Assembly: GCF_009914755.1 (NCBI RefSeq) | Contig: NC_060926.1 | Source of the DNA: the human T2T-CHM13v2.0 reference genome, Homo sapiens | DNA length: 64,000 nucleotides | Reading direction: 5' to 3' (one strand) | Shown: in pieces, positions 45,900 to 63,612 of the stretch | Numbering within the stretch: position 1 is the stretch's first letter | Layout of the letters: each line of letters begins with the position of its first letter | Notes under the pieces: model-generated | What the model was told of the DNA's origin: nothing | Databases searched by the model: none | Seen by the model: only the letters and a program-made list of their open reading frames with translations | Program-made: the position numbers and the translations under genes

Positions 45900-46415
45900 C
45901 GGCCGCGAGCTCAGCCTGTAGGCTGGGCTAGCCTCCGTCGGCGGCGGGCGCTCAGGAGCGGGGCCGCGGCGGCCGGAGGACAAAGGGCCCGAGGTAGGAG
46001 CGGTCCCTCCGGGCGGCAGCGGGCGGAGCGGGGGCGCGGGGCTGTGCGGGGCTGCTCGGGGCGGGCACTCGGCGCCCGGCGGGGAAGGTGCGCCCCGCCG
46101 GACGCGGGCACTTCCTGGCCCTGGTCCCGGGAAGGAGGTGGAAGGTGTCCGGGATCGGCCCTGGCAGCGTGTAGGGACCTGGGTGCTGCCGCTGCCGTGC
46201 GCTTGTGCGTGCGTGTGCGCGCGGGTATAGGTGTGGGCGCGCGTGTGTGTGGGGTGTGCGTGCGTGTGCGTGTATGGGTGTGCGTGTGTGCACGTGTGTG
46301 CGTGTGTGAGTGCGCGTGTGCGTGCGTGCATGTGTACGCGTGTATCGGTGTGCGCGCGCGTGTGTGTGTGTGTGAGAGAGAGAGAGCACCCGAGGCTCCT
46401 GGCGCTTGGCACATG
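45900..46415 (+). other. GREB1: Probable non-coding first exon of the distal GREB1 transcript (5' end approximate)
   Basis: Strong donor ATG|gtgagc at 46415/46416 at the 3' edge of the CpG island; alternative donor TCG|gtaggt 11 nt downstream. Confidence 0.5.
46196..46386. repeat. Alternating (GT/GC)n tract followed by (GA)n
   Basis: About 180 bp of near-continuous purine-pyrimidine alternation. Confidence 0.9.
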
Positions 46416-46717
46416 GTGAGCCCTCGGTAGGTGGGAGCCGTGAACAGTGACGGTGATAATCGTATTGCAAGGGTGTGTGTGTGTGTGTATCTGCCTCTGT
46501 GTTTAGGGAGACTGTCTGGAGCCCAGAGTGGCAGCCACATGTCCCCAGCACTTGGGACCCGGGAGAAAATTTTGGGGTATCTTTCCTGAGTGGCTCTGGG
46601 ACGGTGGTTTAGGGGCCCCTGCACTTGAAGAGGATGCTTCAGGGGAGGTGGGGACTTCCTAACTGGATCCCAGTTTGGGTCCTGGGAACAAAGGCTGCTT
46701 CCCCGAAGTACAAGAAG

Positions 46718-46719
<2 letters not shown>

Positions 46720-46760
<41 letters not shown>
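46720..46760. repeat. (TG)~20 microsatellite
   Basis: Direct reading. Confidence 0.92.
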
Positions 46761-46761
<1 letters not shown>

Positions 46762-47496
46762 CCCGGCCACCAGGGCGCCGGCAGCTGGAGACTGGGAGAG
46801 CCGCCATTCATGCAGAGGGACTCCGGGCCATTTTGCTGTCAACTCTCTTTTGATCCCTGGTCTTGAGGACCTGCAAAAAAGAACTACTTACTTTGTATAC
46901 TGAAGCTTTTCTTTAATAAACTTTTATTAGAGAGTTAAGTGTTACTTCAGGGCTTGAAAGACTTTTTATTATCCCTTTAAAACAATAAATGTGTAAATTT
47001 AGCTTGAATAAACACTCTTTTATTCCCAGTGAAAGCACTTTAATTTCTGCATTTAACCTGGGAGTTAGACATGGGGATTCTGAGCTCCATCTTCTATAAA
47101 TATTGTGGTCATGCCGCCTGGTTTGTAGCACTTTGTTATTGGGAGTTTTAAAGGCCAATTAGAATTCCACTTCTCGATCCTCTTAGGATTTCTTAAATCT
47201 CTGGGCAGATTTGCAGAATTGTTCATAAGCAATCCATTGTTTCCAGACCACTGTTTCTGACTGCTTTCTCAGAAAAGTATGTTTCTAGGAAACAAAAACC
47301 AAATTTAAAATTGAAACAATTAAACGGAACACAGGTGAGGAGATCTTTCTACAGGTCTTTTTTCATGCCAAAATCTGGTTCATTTAAAGTTTGCAGTGTT
47401 ATCTGTGGCATTTCCAGTTCCCAGCTGCAGTTCATGAGGCGTTCTGCTGTTCTTGCAGGGACAAGCATTCTTTCTTGAGTAAGAAGTTAACTCAGG

Positions 47497-47775
47497 AGGC
47501 AGGCACGGCTCACACCTGTAATCCCAGCTACTTGGGAGGCTAAGGCCAGAGGACTGCTTGAGGCCAAGAGTTCGAGACCAGCCTGGGCAACATAGCGAGA
47601 CTCTCATCTCTTAAAAAAAAAAAAAAAAAGAAAGAAAGAAAAAGAAAGAAAAAAAATTAGCGAGGTGTGGTGGCACATGCCTGTAGTCCTAGCACTTGGA
47701 GCCTAAGCTGGGAGGGTCTCTTGAGCCCACGAGTTCGAGGCTGCAGTGAGTTATGATCGTGCCACTGCACTTCAC
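47497..47775 (+). mobile_element. AluJ
   Basis: AluJ motifs; expanded middle A-rich linker. Confidence 0.8.
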
Positions 47776-47859
47776 TGCACGTAGCAGGGGGTGAAAAAAG
47801 CTGAGGCTGAAACTAAATTCTGTCTTGGCCTTTCTTGTTATTGCAGATGGTTTAAATAG

Positions 47860-48147
47860 TTTTTTTTGTTTGTTTGTTTGTTTTGAGACGGAGTCTCGTT
47901 CTTTCGCCCAGGCTGGAGTACAGTGGCGCAATCTCGGCTCACTGCAAGCTCCGCCTCCCGGGTTCACGCCATTCTCCTGCTTCCTGAGTAGCTGGGACTA
48001 CAGGCGCCCGCCACGGCGCCCGGTTATTTTTTTGTATTTTCAGTAGAGACGGGGTTTCACCGTGGTCTCCATCTCCTGTCCTCGTGATCTGCCCGCCTCG
48101 GCCTCCCAGAGTGCTGGGATTACAGGCTTGAGCCACCGCGCCTGGCC
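47860..48147 (-). mobile_element. AluY with a 12-bp left-arm deletion (AluYd-like)
   Basis: Reads gagaccacggtgaaacccc (12-bp deletion) and agaacgagactcc; 16-bp TSD tgcagatggtttaaat. Confidence 0.8.
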
Positions 48148-48257
48148 TGCAGATGGTTTAAATGGTTTATTGGTGGTTTAAAATGATTCCGATTCATGAA
48201 GATAGCCAGTTGGACCAATATCTGAAATCTTTTGCTGGGTAGGTAATTAGAAGCAAC

Positions 48258-48592
48258 ATTTATTTTATTTTATTTTATTTTATATATATATATGTATTTT
48301 TTTTTTTTTGAGACAGAGTCTTGCTCTTTTACCCAGGTTGGAGTACAGTGGCACAATCTCAGCTCACTGCCAACCTCTGTTTCCTGGGTTCAAGTGATTC
48401 TTGTGCCTCAGCCTCCTGAGTAGCTGGGATCCCAGGTGTGCACTTCCATGCCCAGCTAATTTTTGTATTTTTAGTAGAGATAAGGTTTCACCATCTTGGC
48501 CAGGCTGGTCTTGTACTCCTGGCCTCAAGTGATCCACCCACCTCAGCCTCCCAAAGTGCTGGGATTACAGGTGAGAGCCACTGCACTAGTCG
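48258..48592 (-). mobile_element. AluS/J
   Basis: Full Alu. Confidence 0.85.
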
Positions 48593-49329
48593 GGAAGCTA
48601 CATTTGAAACATCTGTGTTTCTCACTTGTCACTTTCAATAGGAGAGATTTTGATCTCAAACAGCCTTTCTGAAAGGTTTCTATGCTTGGTACGAAGTTGA
48701 TCACTGTTTCTTTCATTTAGTAAGCAATTTATTGAATACCTGTGGCATTATAGATGTTCATTCTAGTACTATCATTTTACTTGACATTAGAAACCCCCTT
48801 TTAAAGAAAACTGTGTTCACTTTGGGGATTCAAAATTTGAATTATTTAGAGATTCCAGAGTGTTCTGAGGCTATTTCAAAGTAGAGCTAATCAATGGTTA
48901 GAAAATCAGGATGGGAAGAAGATAAGTGTAACATAAAGAGAGAGGTCAAGCCCCCTGCATGCTACCCATGACCAGGCACCATAATCAGGATTGAGAGTGA
49001 CCAGGACATTTAAAGGAAAGGCTGTGGGATGGGCTGGTGACAGGAACTTGCTTTCAATAATCTCACCTTTCTCCTTTTAGCATTCTCTGTTCCAGACTTG
49101 GAAAGGAAGCAGTTAGGGCTTTCGAGGGGGCAACTAACCATTAGGGCTGACTTTGGGCAGTTCATAGAACTCTGGGCTAGCTATTCCAGAGCGTCCAGGG
49201 TGACCTGTAGTTCCTTCATAATGACGCCAGGCAGTTAACCCTCCCAGCTCTTACACTGCCTTAATGGAGAGTCTTGGAATCTATTGGTTCAGTTTCTGGA
49301 CATACACATATATTGTAGTACTTTTAAAA

Positions 49330-49468
49330 AAAATTTAGTTTTAATTGTAATTTTTGTAGAGATGAGGTCTCACTATGTTGCCCAGGCTGGTCTTAAAGTC
49401 CTGACCTCAAGTAATCCTCCTGTCTCACTCTCCTAGAGCACTGGGATTATAGGCAACCTCGCCCAGCC
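49330..49468 (-). mobile_element. FLAM monomer
   Basis: Left monomer only; TSD attgtagtacttt. Confidence 0.75.
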
Positions 49469-49573
49469 TAATTGTAGTACTTTAAAGCTAATTGCACTAA
49501 AAAGGCAGGGGAAGGCTCTCATAGAAGTAATATATATTTGTGACGTAAAATTTAAGAAAATACAGAAGAGTTA

Positions 49574-49940
<367 letters not shown>

Positions 49941-51114
49941 TTACTCTGAACACTTTGGTCTATTTTTTCCTGTTATAAAAATGAAATTCTATATGCTTCT
50001 AAAAGTTAGTTAAAATTATATTAGATGATATAATTTTATATCTCATTTTAATGTAATATATTATGGACATTGCTTATTTCAATATCAATATTTCTTTGAC
50101 ATTATTATTTTAAATAACAATTTCATGGTCTATTGTGTTGATAAATTGTCATTTCAGTATTTCGCTAGTGGATGCTTGAGCTTTGCCTATCATTTGTACT
50201 TTTAATGTTCTAATTTGGTAAAACGTCATTGATTGATGGTAGTACACATTTCTCAAACTTGACTGCTCTTAGGAAGTGACAAAAATATTGAATTTCAGGG
50301 ACATGAAATGAAAAGAGATGAAGCCTTGCCTCAGTCCTCTTGATCTCAGTGGGTATAATCTAGCTGACTCTTAACTGTCTCTGATGCCACTGTTCAACCC
50401 CGTAGGACAACGCTTGCTTTTTATTTATGCCATCATATTATGGGCTTCTTAGGAACAGATATTTATGTCTTAATTTTGTCTGCATCCCTTGAGTCCCCAG
50501 CCAAGGCTTGGCAAGCCATAGATGTTCAAAACACACTGTTTTCCTGAGGGAGAGGGTATATTTTAGGGGTAGTGTGAGAGACTGAGCCCTTCAGAAATGT
50601 GCAATGACAAATCTTGATCCAACTGATTCCGATAACTTCTTTTTGATTATGGAAAATTTCAAACATATCTAAAACATGTGCAAAAATAGAACGATTGTGA
50701 GCCTCTGTGTTCATCATTCAGCTTCAGCAGTTGTCAAGATTTTGTCAATTTTGTTTCTTGTGTTTCCTCCCTCCCCACACCACAACCCTTTTGGATCACT
50801 TTAAAGTAAATCCAAGACATTATATCATTTCATGCCCCTGGTGTTTTTGACCACGAGTTTACATCAGAATCCAATGAGAAGGGAATGTCTTCTGGGGCTC
50901 AACAAAAGGCGGTGGACTGCCTGGGAGGTTGTGGCACAGGAAAACTGGTGACCTGGGAGTTGGGGACCTACCATACTTATTTAGTTTTGACCTCGACAGA
51001 GGTGGTTCGCCTCTCGGGGCTCAGGTTCTCATCTGCTCCTTGAGGAGGTTGGCTTGGGTAACCTAAAAGCTTCCTTTGACGTTGACTTTACTGAAGCATA
51101 TGCTCTGCCTGTCT

Positions 51115-51300
51115 ACTGTGGTGGTTCTCAAATTCTAGTACCTGGACCAGCATCAGTGTTGTCAGGGAACTTGTACAAAATACAGATTCTCTGGCCCCTC
51201 CTTAGACCAACTCGGAAACTCGGGGGGTGGTGACCAGCAGTCTGTGGTTTAACGAGCCTCTCCAGGGGTCTCTGTTGGGTGGTCAACCTTGAGAACCATG
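51115..51300. mobile_element. MER5A-like
   Basis: gtggttctcaaa...cagattctctggcccctcc...ttgagaacca. Confidence 0.7.
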
Positions 51301-51382
51301 AATCCATGAAGGTGGCCGAGGAGTCTGTAAGCTCTTAAAATAAAAACAACAGAGACGAAACCTCCTGAAAAGTGCGCATTTA

Positions 51383-51826
<444 letters not shown>

Positions 51827-52184
51827 GATTTGGGAAAGGAATTACCAGATAAAATCTATCTGAACTGGGGCATATGTAGGCAGTTTTCATTAAAAAAAAA
51901 AAAAAAAATTGAGAAGCCATTTATATGACACACCGCATTTGCAGTGACATATTTATTTGTCTGATATATTGTCTCCTCCCAGTATGCAACATAGGCGATT
52001 AGATCACTTTTGGTCACCCTTGTATCCCAGCACTCAGTACAATGGCTGGCCCATAGGAGGTACTCAGTAAATACCTGATGAATAAATGAGCTTTTGTTCT
52101 TTAGGGAACTTACGAAACTCTGGATAGAATGCCAAGCCTTATACTGGTAGGAACAATTAGAGAGCAATTAAGAATTCTACTTTG

Positions 52185-52503
<319 letters not shown>

Positions 52504-53069
52504 CTACTTTGAAGTCTTGCCCCCAAATGTAGGAGACAAAAGATCATTGAGACAAAAGATCATTTAGTTTCATATTTCTCAAATAACAGTATTGTATTAT
52601 GTGCTTAGCAATGTCTTAGACTCCGGCAGAGAACTATGGAGGCAAGAAAAGAGAAGAATAAAATAAGGGACTCATGCGTGTAAGAGTAGTTCATTGACTT
52701 ACATATCTTTCATTGCATGGCCTTGCAGACTCAAGAGTTAGTTGAATAATTATTACTATTATAGCCACCACTTCTTGACAATCTACCATGTAAAAGTATT
52801 TTAGGTGAATTGCCACTCTCTTTACAACTCAGCGAAGTTGTTATTATCGTTCCCATTTTATAGGTGAGGAACAGGCTCAGAAGTGGCTTGTTAAGGCTGA
52901 GCAGTATCTGAATGTCAGAACCGTATTATTATATATTATAATTGTAGTACAATAACATATATATTTATGTATTATATTACTAGATATATAACATAATATT
53001 GTAATTGTATTACAATTATATACTCTATTATATTACAATTATATATGTTATATATATAATTATAATACA

Positions 53070-54130
<1,061 letters not shown>

Positions 54131-56258
54131 GCTGTGGTGTGGATTTTCTGTGGTTTAGATCCATTGTTTTTATAGGTTTGCATTTTTCCTACTTACATTA
54201 TATTCTAAACATTACCAATAAATGGATCAGTACAGCACTGTCTTAATAATTTCCTTGGCATGGTATAAATTTCTGTATCTACTGTTTTCATGATTTAGAA
54301 ATCTTAAAATGATATCTGCATATTAGTGTGTTCAAGTTTTGTTTTATTTCTTTTAATACAGCTTCTTTGGTAAAATGTCCAAATCCTGACAATGTTATCA
54401 GAAGAATGACTTATTAGAAGGCTGAGTTAAAGCTAAAGAAATGGGCTAAATCACTAAAAAGCTTACTAAAGGTTTTTAGAATTAAGTCTGAGAGTAGGGC
54501 CAATGACTTAATTCTTACCTTTGGGCTCAGAATGTAATATGATATGACTGAAATCAGAGAGGATTAGAAGCATGTTTTGTCTCTAGCTGAGACTTGGAAG
54601 AGCTATTCCACCTTCTTATACCTCCATTTAATCATCTGATAATGACAATAATAATTTCCCAGAATTTTCATAAGACTGAATATTTTGTTCATGAAAAGTG
54701 TTCTTGGCATGTAGTAGGTCTTAAGTAAACATTAGCAGCCTCCCTGTCTGGTTCCCAGGAGTGAGGCTGGAGGCCATAAGTGGCTTAACCTTCTAGTTCC
54801 AGGCCCAGCAGCCAGTTTTCTTCAGTTTCTCCTCTTCACCAAGAGCTCATTGACATATTTGGATGCCCGGTTTCTGCCTTGTTCTAATGCTTGGTTCTCT
54901 GTGCTCAGTTCTGCGAATTACCCTTCTACCGATTAGTTTAGTGCTCTAATCCACTATGTATGTGAGGCCTGGCCATCTCTGTTCCAACCTCTTTCAGTGA
55001 CTTCTAGTGTCTGCACCCTGACTCGGTGACTAGTTCCCACTTCTTGGGACAGCTGCCCTTGGTGCTATTGATTTCACGGTCCTCTTCCCTGGATTCCCCA
55101 TGGCTCTTCCAGCCGTCTGGTTGACTCCCTGCCTGGCTACCATGCATCGTTTCCATGGTCATTTAACGTGGCACTTTACTCTGGGATTGTTCACCTAGCA
55201 CTGGAGCATCGTCATGGACACGCCAGGCCTGAGTGGGCTCTTCCCTCATGCCCACCCCACTTGGTAGAAGCAACCATGCCACATTTGGCTAAGTCTGAAG
55301 TTAGGACAAAAACATCCCTCATTCTTTCTTCTCCAAACCCTCAGTGTGCTCTATCAAGAAATGCTTGTTGGTTGGTTTGTTTCTTGGTCAGCCATTGAAG
55401 ACTGAGTCAGCTGTACTCCTGGCCATGTGTACAGAATTTCCGCAAAAGGAGGACGATAAATTGGGAGCTCAGCTGTGTTATCACAGTCTGTGATCTGGAG
55501 CCGGCTTTGCATGGCAGAGGCTCATTCTCTGCTGTGAGAAGTTTGGGATGAGGGGTGGGTTTCTGTGAGACCCTGACCTGGGTCCCCCCTGAGCTGAGTT
55601 CCCACTCACTGGGGCCTGTGAGTGCATGAATGGGGGTGGGGACAGTGGGAATCAAGTTTGCCAGAATCAATGTAAGGGAAGAGAAAAGGGTAAAAGTTTG
55701 TTTTGAGGAAAACAGTCTTTCATCTGGACTGTGCCCTAGGGCAGCCCCCTTGAGACTCACACTGAAGGCCTCCTGGGGAGGGAACTGCAATGAGAAGGTG
55801 ACCCCTAGTGCCTGTGGGGCCAGCAAGAGTCTCCAAGGCAGTTGTGCCAGGCAGTACCCACAGAGGGTGTGCCCTAGGAAAATGGCTCCTTATCTGCTGG
55901 GGGCTGGTCACAGCTGGAGCAGAGACCAGACAGGAGTAATGCAAACCAGCAAGACTAGGCTTAAACAATGGGAGCTGAGGCTCAGCAGCTGGAGATATCC
56001 TGTCAGGAAGCAGAGCCCAAGTCCCAGGAAGGGCTGATGGCAGCTGCTGGCCTTGAGCAATTGTCCCAAGATGATTGATCGTACAAACCTATCAATGAAG
56101 ACACCTTGAGTAGCATCCCAACTATATGATTTTCAACTTGGTTAAACAATAAGCCTCCACTTCATGTTGTCCATAGGCTTGTGGAAACTGCGACATGAAG
56201 GGAAATGAGGTATGTACTGTATGCCATAGGACTTGAACCTTGTTTATATCAATTAGCC

Positions 56259-56623
56259 CAGCAGCCCCCAACCTTTTTGGCACCAGGGTCCAGTTTCATG
56301 GAAGACAATTTTTCCACAGACAGGGTGTGGGGGAGGGTGAAACTATTCCACCTCAGATCATCAGGTATTAGATTCTCATAAGGAGCGTGCAACCTGGATC
56401 CCTTGTAGGCGCAGTTCACAATAGGGTTTGAGCTCCTATGAGAATCTGATGCTGCCACTGATCTGACAGGAGGTGGAGCTCAGGTGGTAATGACAGCAAT
56501 GGGGAGCGACTGTAAATACAGATGAAACTTCTCTTGCCCACCGCTCACCTCCTGCTGTGTGGCCTGCTTCCTAACAGGCCATGGACCAGTACCAGTCTGT
56601 GGCCCGGGGACTGGGGACCCCTG
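56259..56623 (+). mobile_element. MER1B (hAT-Charlie)
   Basis: cagcagcccccaacctttttggcaccaggg...ggggacccctg; 8-bp TSD aattagcc/aattcgcc. Confidence 0.85.
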
Positions 56624-57039
56624 AATTCGCCTATGTAAAATTGGTTTCCTTATACAGTATGTTATACTGAGCCAGTATTAATGCAACCTTATGTTTTTGA
56701 AGGTTGCATTTTTTTCCCCAAAATTTTAGAGAGCAGATTTAGTCAGTTCTTTTGACCAGTAAGTCCTTATTGAATGTTTGCTCTGTGCCAGGCATGGTAA
56801 GAGGCACATGAGGTATAAGTTGCAAACTCTGACCTCTGGGGGCAATTTGTAAACTCCAGAGATGTAAGGTATTGCTGTTATCCTTACAAATGGCTACAGA
56901 CATGAGACAGGTTTAGAGAGGGTAGAATTTGAGCTGGTGTGTTTGGGGGCTTAGGAGAAATGAATCTGATGGAGAAAAGATGAAAGAAGAAATGAACAGT
57001 TGCTGACCTTTTCCCGAGTCCAGGTACCTTACACAGGCT

Positions 57040-58770
57040 GCTTCACCACTCCTTATGTGGTAAGCCAGAGTGTGGTACCCATTGTAAAGATGAGGAAACG
57101 GAGGTGCAGGAAAGCCTAAGGACTTGCCCAGGGTTGCGCGGCCAGCAGATGGTAGGGAACCCGTTTTTGTCTTACTCCAAAGTGGGAGAGAGGCTGGACA
57201 GAGCCAGGGTGAGAAGATGGGCTACAGGGGCAGTCTGATCCGGGGGTGCCCCCAACACTGAAGCCGTCTTCCCTGACTTGTCACCACAGAGACTCATGAA
57301 ATTTTGGAGTTATCAGACACCCTCTGGATCCTCTAGTGTGGTTTATAGATGGGCTGTGGCAGCATCACCTGGGAAATCAATAGAAATGTTCATTCTTGGG
57401 TCCCCAGACCCTCTGAATGAGATTCCCTGATGGGGGTGCCCAGTGCCATCCAGGTGCATCTTATGGATGCTGACAGTTGAGAAGCATTGCTGTGGACACT
57501 GCTCTAGAGTTGTTCTCGTAAGAGACTGATGGAGGGGAACTTTGGTCTAGAAATCCGGAGTCCATTCCTGATGCAGCTGCTGACTTCTGGTTTCCTTATT
57601 TGGCCCTGTCTTTCAATGATGATAATCCTACACCTTTTTTAATGGGAGTGATCTGAGTGGTTAAGCTAATGGGTGTGTAGTTAAGAGCTGGTCACCTGGA
57701 GTCCTATAGACTCAGGGTCAAATCCAAGCTCAGTGACACTTGGGCAGGCTACTTAATGTTCTCTAGATCTGTTTCTTTATCTGTAAGATGGGGTCAGTAA
57801 TAATCAACACCCATGGGGTGGCTGCCAAAATCCAGCGAGTTTACACCGCAGGTGCTTAGACCATTGCCTCATACATGAAAAGAGCCCCCAACTTGTTATG
57901 ACTCTTATTATTAGTGTCATCATCACCCATGACCTGTCTTTGGGGCCTGGCCTCAGAGGTGCTCACCGTTGGTGGTGTTCAGTTTTCATGGCTCTCCACA
58001 TCTCCTGCTCTGTTCCCATGGTGGTTGCTCTGTGTCATTCTGTGACGTTTTGGGAGGAGGGTCTCCCCCGCTTGCCCCTGCCCCCGGTGACATTGATTGG
58101 TCTTCCTGGGGAATCAGGCCTGTTACATCGTCTGCTTATCTCCATGCCTCTTTCTATAGACATATTGCTCCTGAGCCATGTTGAGCATCTCACTGGGAAG
58201 AAGATTGGTGGTTTTACACCACCAGCTGCTGTCATTCACTAAGTCCCTACTTTGTGCCAACATTTTACATTAGCACTAAGCTACACCGTAGCCTCAGAAT
58301 GTAAGGACTAGGATACACATTCTACAGATGTGTAAACTGAGGCTCAGAAATTTACTAACTGGGTGGGACTATATGAACCTGCCATTTTTGTAGGTGAAAA
58401 TTGCAGCATATTGGCAATTTCATTCGGTATTTTTTTCATACAACATAATTGTTTTTCCACAAAATTTAGAAAAAAATGGCCTCAAGGAAGTTTTCTTATT
58501 TCTTCTAACCAAACTGTTACCTAAAAGGATGCATTAAAAAAAAATAAGTTGGGGTCATGCACTGTTCCAAGCACTTCACGTGTAACTCACTCAATCCTCA
58601 TGACAACCTTACGAGGTAGATGGGATTTTTATTATCCTCGTTTTGCAGAGTGGGAAACTGAGGCACACAGATGTTAAGTAGCTTGTCTGAGTCCACACAC
58701 CTGGGAGATGGCTGAGACAAGAGTTTGGACACACACAGTTTGGGCCCGGGTCCGAGCGCCTAGCCTCCGC
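57040..58770. mobile_element. Cluster of MIR, MER5A and MADE2-like fragments
   Basis: Repeated MIR cores (gaaactgaggc, tctgtaagatgggg); MADE2-like inverted ends at about 58360-58430. Confidence 0.6.
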
Positions 58771-59669
58771 CTATACTAGTCCGTTGAATCTTGGTTAGGA
58801 TAAGTCCCCCCGTTTTTTTTTTTTTTTTTGAGTGAACGGGATTTTCGGTGTTGCAGAACTCGATGAGTGGGGGAAGGAAGGGCCCAGCGTCACTGAGCTC
58901 CTCTGTGAGTCTGTGCGTGGCGCTCCTCTTCTGTCTTTGCAGCAGCCTTGGGACGGACGTAACGGCAACCCCGTTTTCCAGGTGAGGATAACCAGACTGG
59001 GAGAGGGTAAGGAGGTCACAGCTCCAAAAAGCGGCACGGCTGGGGTTTGAGGCTGTGCCTGACTGTGAAGCTGGCTCTCCTTATCCGTGGCGCTTCCTCC
59101 CTCTCCGCACGCAGTGGAGGTGCTGCTGGGACTGTCCTTGAGTCTAGCAGATGCGTCAGCCTCTTTACTTCCTCCCAGAAAGTCGACCTCCTGTGCTCGC
59201 TCTGTGGAGATCAGGCACCGGCCACTGTGCGCTGATCCCAGCTCACAGGGATGCAAATGCCTTTCAGATTTGGGCTGGGGTCACCAACAGGGTCTTCTTT
59301 CAATGATTCGATCACCATGGATGGGAACAAAAATGCCTTGTTAGGATGTGAACCCTCTCGGTTTATATTTGTCTCAGGTCATTTACATGAGTGAAAAGGA
59401 CTGGCTCTGACCTGGCCCTTGGATGCTCCCTTCTAATCCCCATTAATATTGTATAAAGGTTTCTAATACCCAGAGAGATTTCTCACACAGGAGACAATGG
59501 CAAGCAGCAGCGACTTATCTTCCCCACCCCGCCCGCCCCCCCGTCACATGTCTGACGAACAAGGGGGAGGTCTGGATGAAAGGACGCTCTGCTTCTCAGG
59601 TCACACAGCGTTATGGCAAGCTGCTAGCAAGAAGAATATTGTTAAAATGCTGATCTATAGTATTTATTA

Positions 59670-61410
<1,741 letters not shown>

Positions 61411-61559
61411 TTTATTTATTTTAAGATTTTAAGAATTCCTGCTTTTTATTACCAAGTCAAATATATAGGGACACAACAGTACCTAAAGTTTGCATAATAA
61501 ATTATGATATTCACCGATGTTCACATAGCTAATTCTAGGCTTCAAGAGGACCACAAAGA

Positions 61560-62600
61560 GTGTTCAGCTTCGGGACACCGTGAGTCAGAACTGGGGGGCA
61601 GTGAGGTGGGGACGTGGGTCAGGGGACAGCCAAGCTGGCCAGGTGATGGGAGTCTGAGTTCCTATGCAGTTTTGCTGCTGGGCAGCTGGGCAGCCTGCCT
61701 GCCTGGGGAGAGGGTGGTGACACTTGGCGTCCTGGGCTGATCTGGGGCACACTGACCCACGGGTGGAGCTGACCTTGTGGTAGGCACGGGCATGACTGGG
61801 CTGGGTGCCCGTTTTGTCTCCTCTGTCAGCTGCAGACTCACCGAAACTGCTGACTGATTTCAGTTGTCAGCCCCTGTGACATCTCTCCCAGCCCCAAATG
61901 TGGCGTGCAGCTGCTGGCTGCTTAAAAACCTATGCAGAGAACATGTGGAACTCAAGTGCTATTTTGGAAGTGTGGGTTTTCATTTTAAAAAATGGTTATG
62001 ATTTTAAAATGCTTAATTACACAAACATGTTCCTGGTGGTGGGGGGGTGGAACATAAAAAGCACAGATAAGCAACATGTATCTGCAATCCCCATAAACAC
62101 AGAATTATTATTAATTGTGGAAGGCAGATTGTCTTTTTTGTTTATTTCATTCCAAAACTCCATTCTTACTCCAGTTGGGTCATGAAGACACAAAGCTGGT
62201 TTGGAAAAAAGGAAATGTCTTTTCAATGGCTGAATCTGGAGAGAATGTTTGACACTGCTAACCATGCTGCAAATGAGGTCTTTGTGTGTGGGTGCAGGGG
62301 TCAGCCTGGGAAACAGCAACAGCAAGGGGTGGGCACACACAGGCCGGCTGCAGCCAGTGCTACGAGAATGATCTTTTGTTTCCGCTGGTCAGCCGTTCAG
62401 GATGAAGGCTGAAAACATCAAAGACATGTCTAAACACTGTTATCTGGCCATGTCCTTTGCCCTGACTGTGTAAGGGGTCTCTCTCCATGGGGAATAGAGC
62501 CCTGAGCTTAGCTTCTACTGTGCTGTTAATTTCAGGCAAGAGCAGATCAATAGTATTTGCATTAGCTACTTACATCAGTCTCTTTTGTTCTGAGGAAAAT
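61560..62600. promoter_or_regulatory. Estrogen-responsive enhancer candidate (GREB1 distal enhancer)
   Basis: ERE-like GGGCAcacTGACC 61745-61757 (1 mismatch) and GGTGGagcTGACC 61762-61774; AP-1 TGAGTCA 61581-61587; GATA and forkhead-like motifs at about 62065-62560; unique sequence. Confidence 0.7.
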
Positions 62601-62943
62601 TTGTTGATTTATTTATCTGATGAAAGTAATTAAAAATCACTTTCTTTACATCTCAAAAATTACATGTGTTAATTGCAGAAAACTTATAAAGCATGGAAGA
62701 ATACAAAACAAAAACAAATTCCTCTACCTGGACATGACTGTTGTTAGCATTTTGGGAGATTCTTCATATCCTTTTAATGTAGATATGCACATTTTACAAA
62801 AAAGGCTATCATATTGTACATATAACTTTGCTGTAGGTCTGCTAGGAACCTGTACCCATGTCATTACTGTAAGCATTCTACTACTCAAATTTTAGTATCT
62901 GCAGATATCAGATATCCTTTTACATAATTTCTTTATATTATAG

Positions 62944-63612
<669 letters not shown>

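Larger units (their letters stand above)
44880..46460 (+). promoter_or_regulatory. GREB1: CpG island, probable distal GREB1 promoter
   Basis: About 1.5 kb with very high GC/CpG and multiple GC boxes. The GREB1 assignment comes from known synteny (GREB1 lies divergently upstream of E2F6); no GREB1 coding sequence is in the window. Confidence 0.65.

Noticed and set aside
44917-46807. Long ORFs (up to 314 aa) on both strands of the second CpG island
   Set aside because: Stop-poor GC-rich and dinucleotide-repeat DNA; low-complexity R/G/P/A and HT/VC peptides with no recognisable domain.
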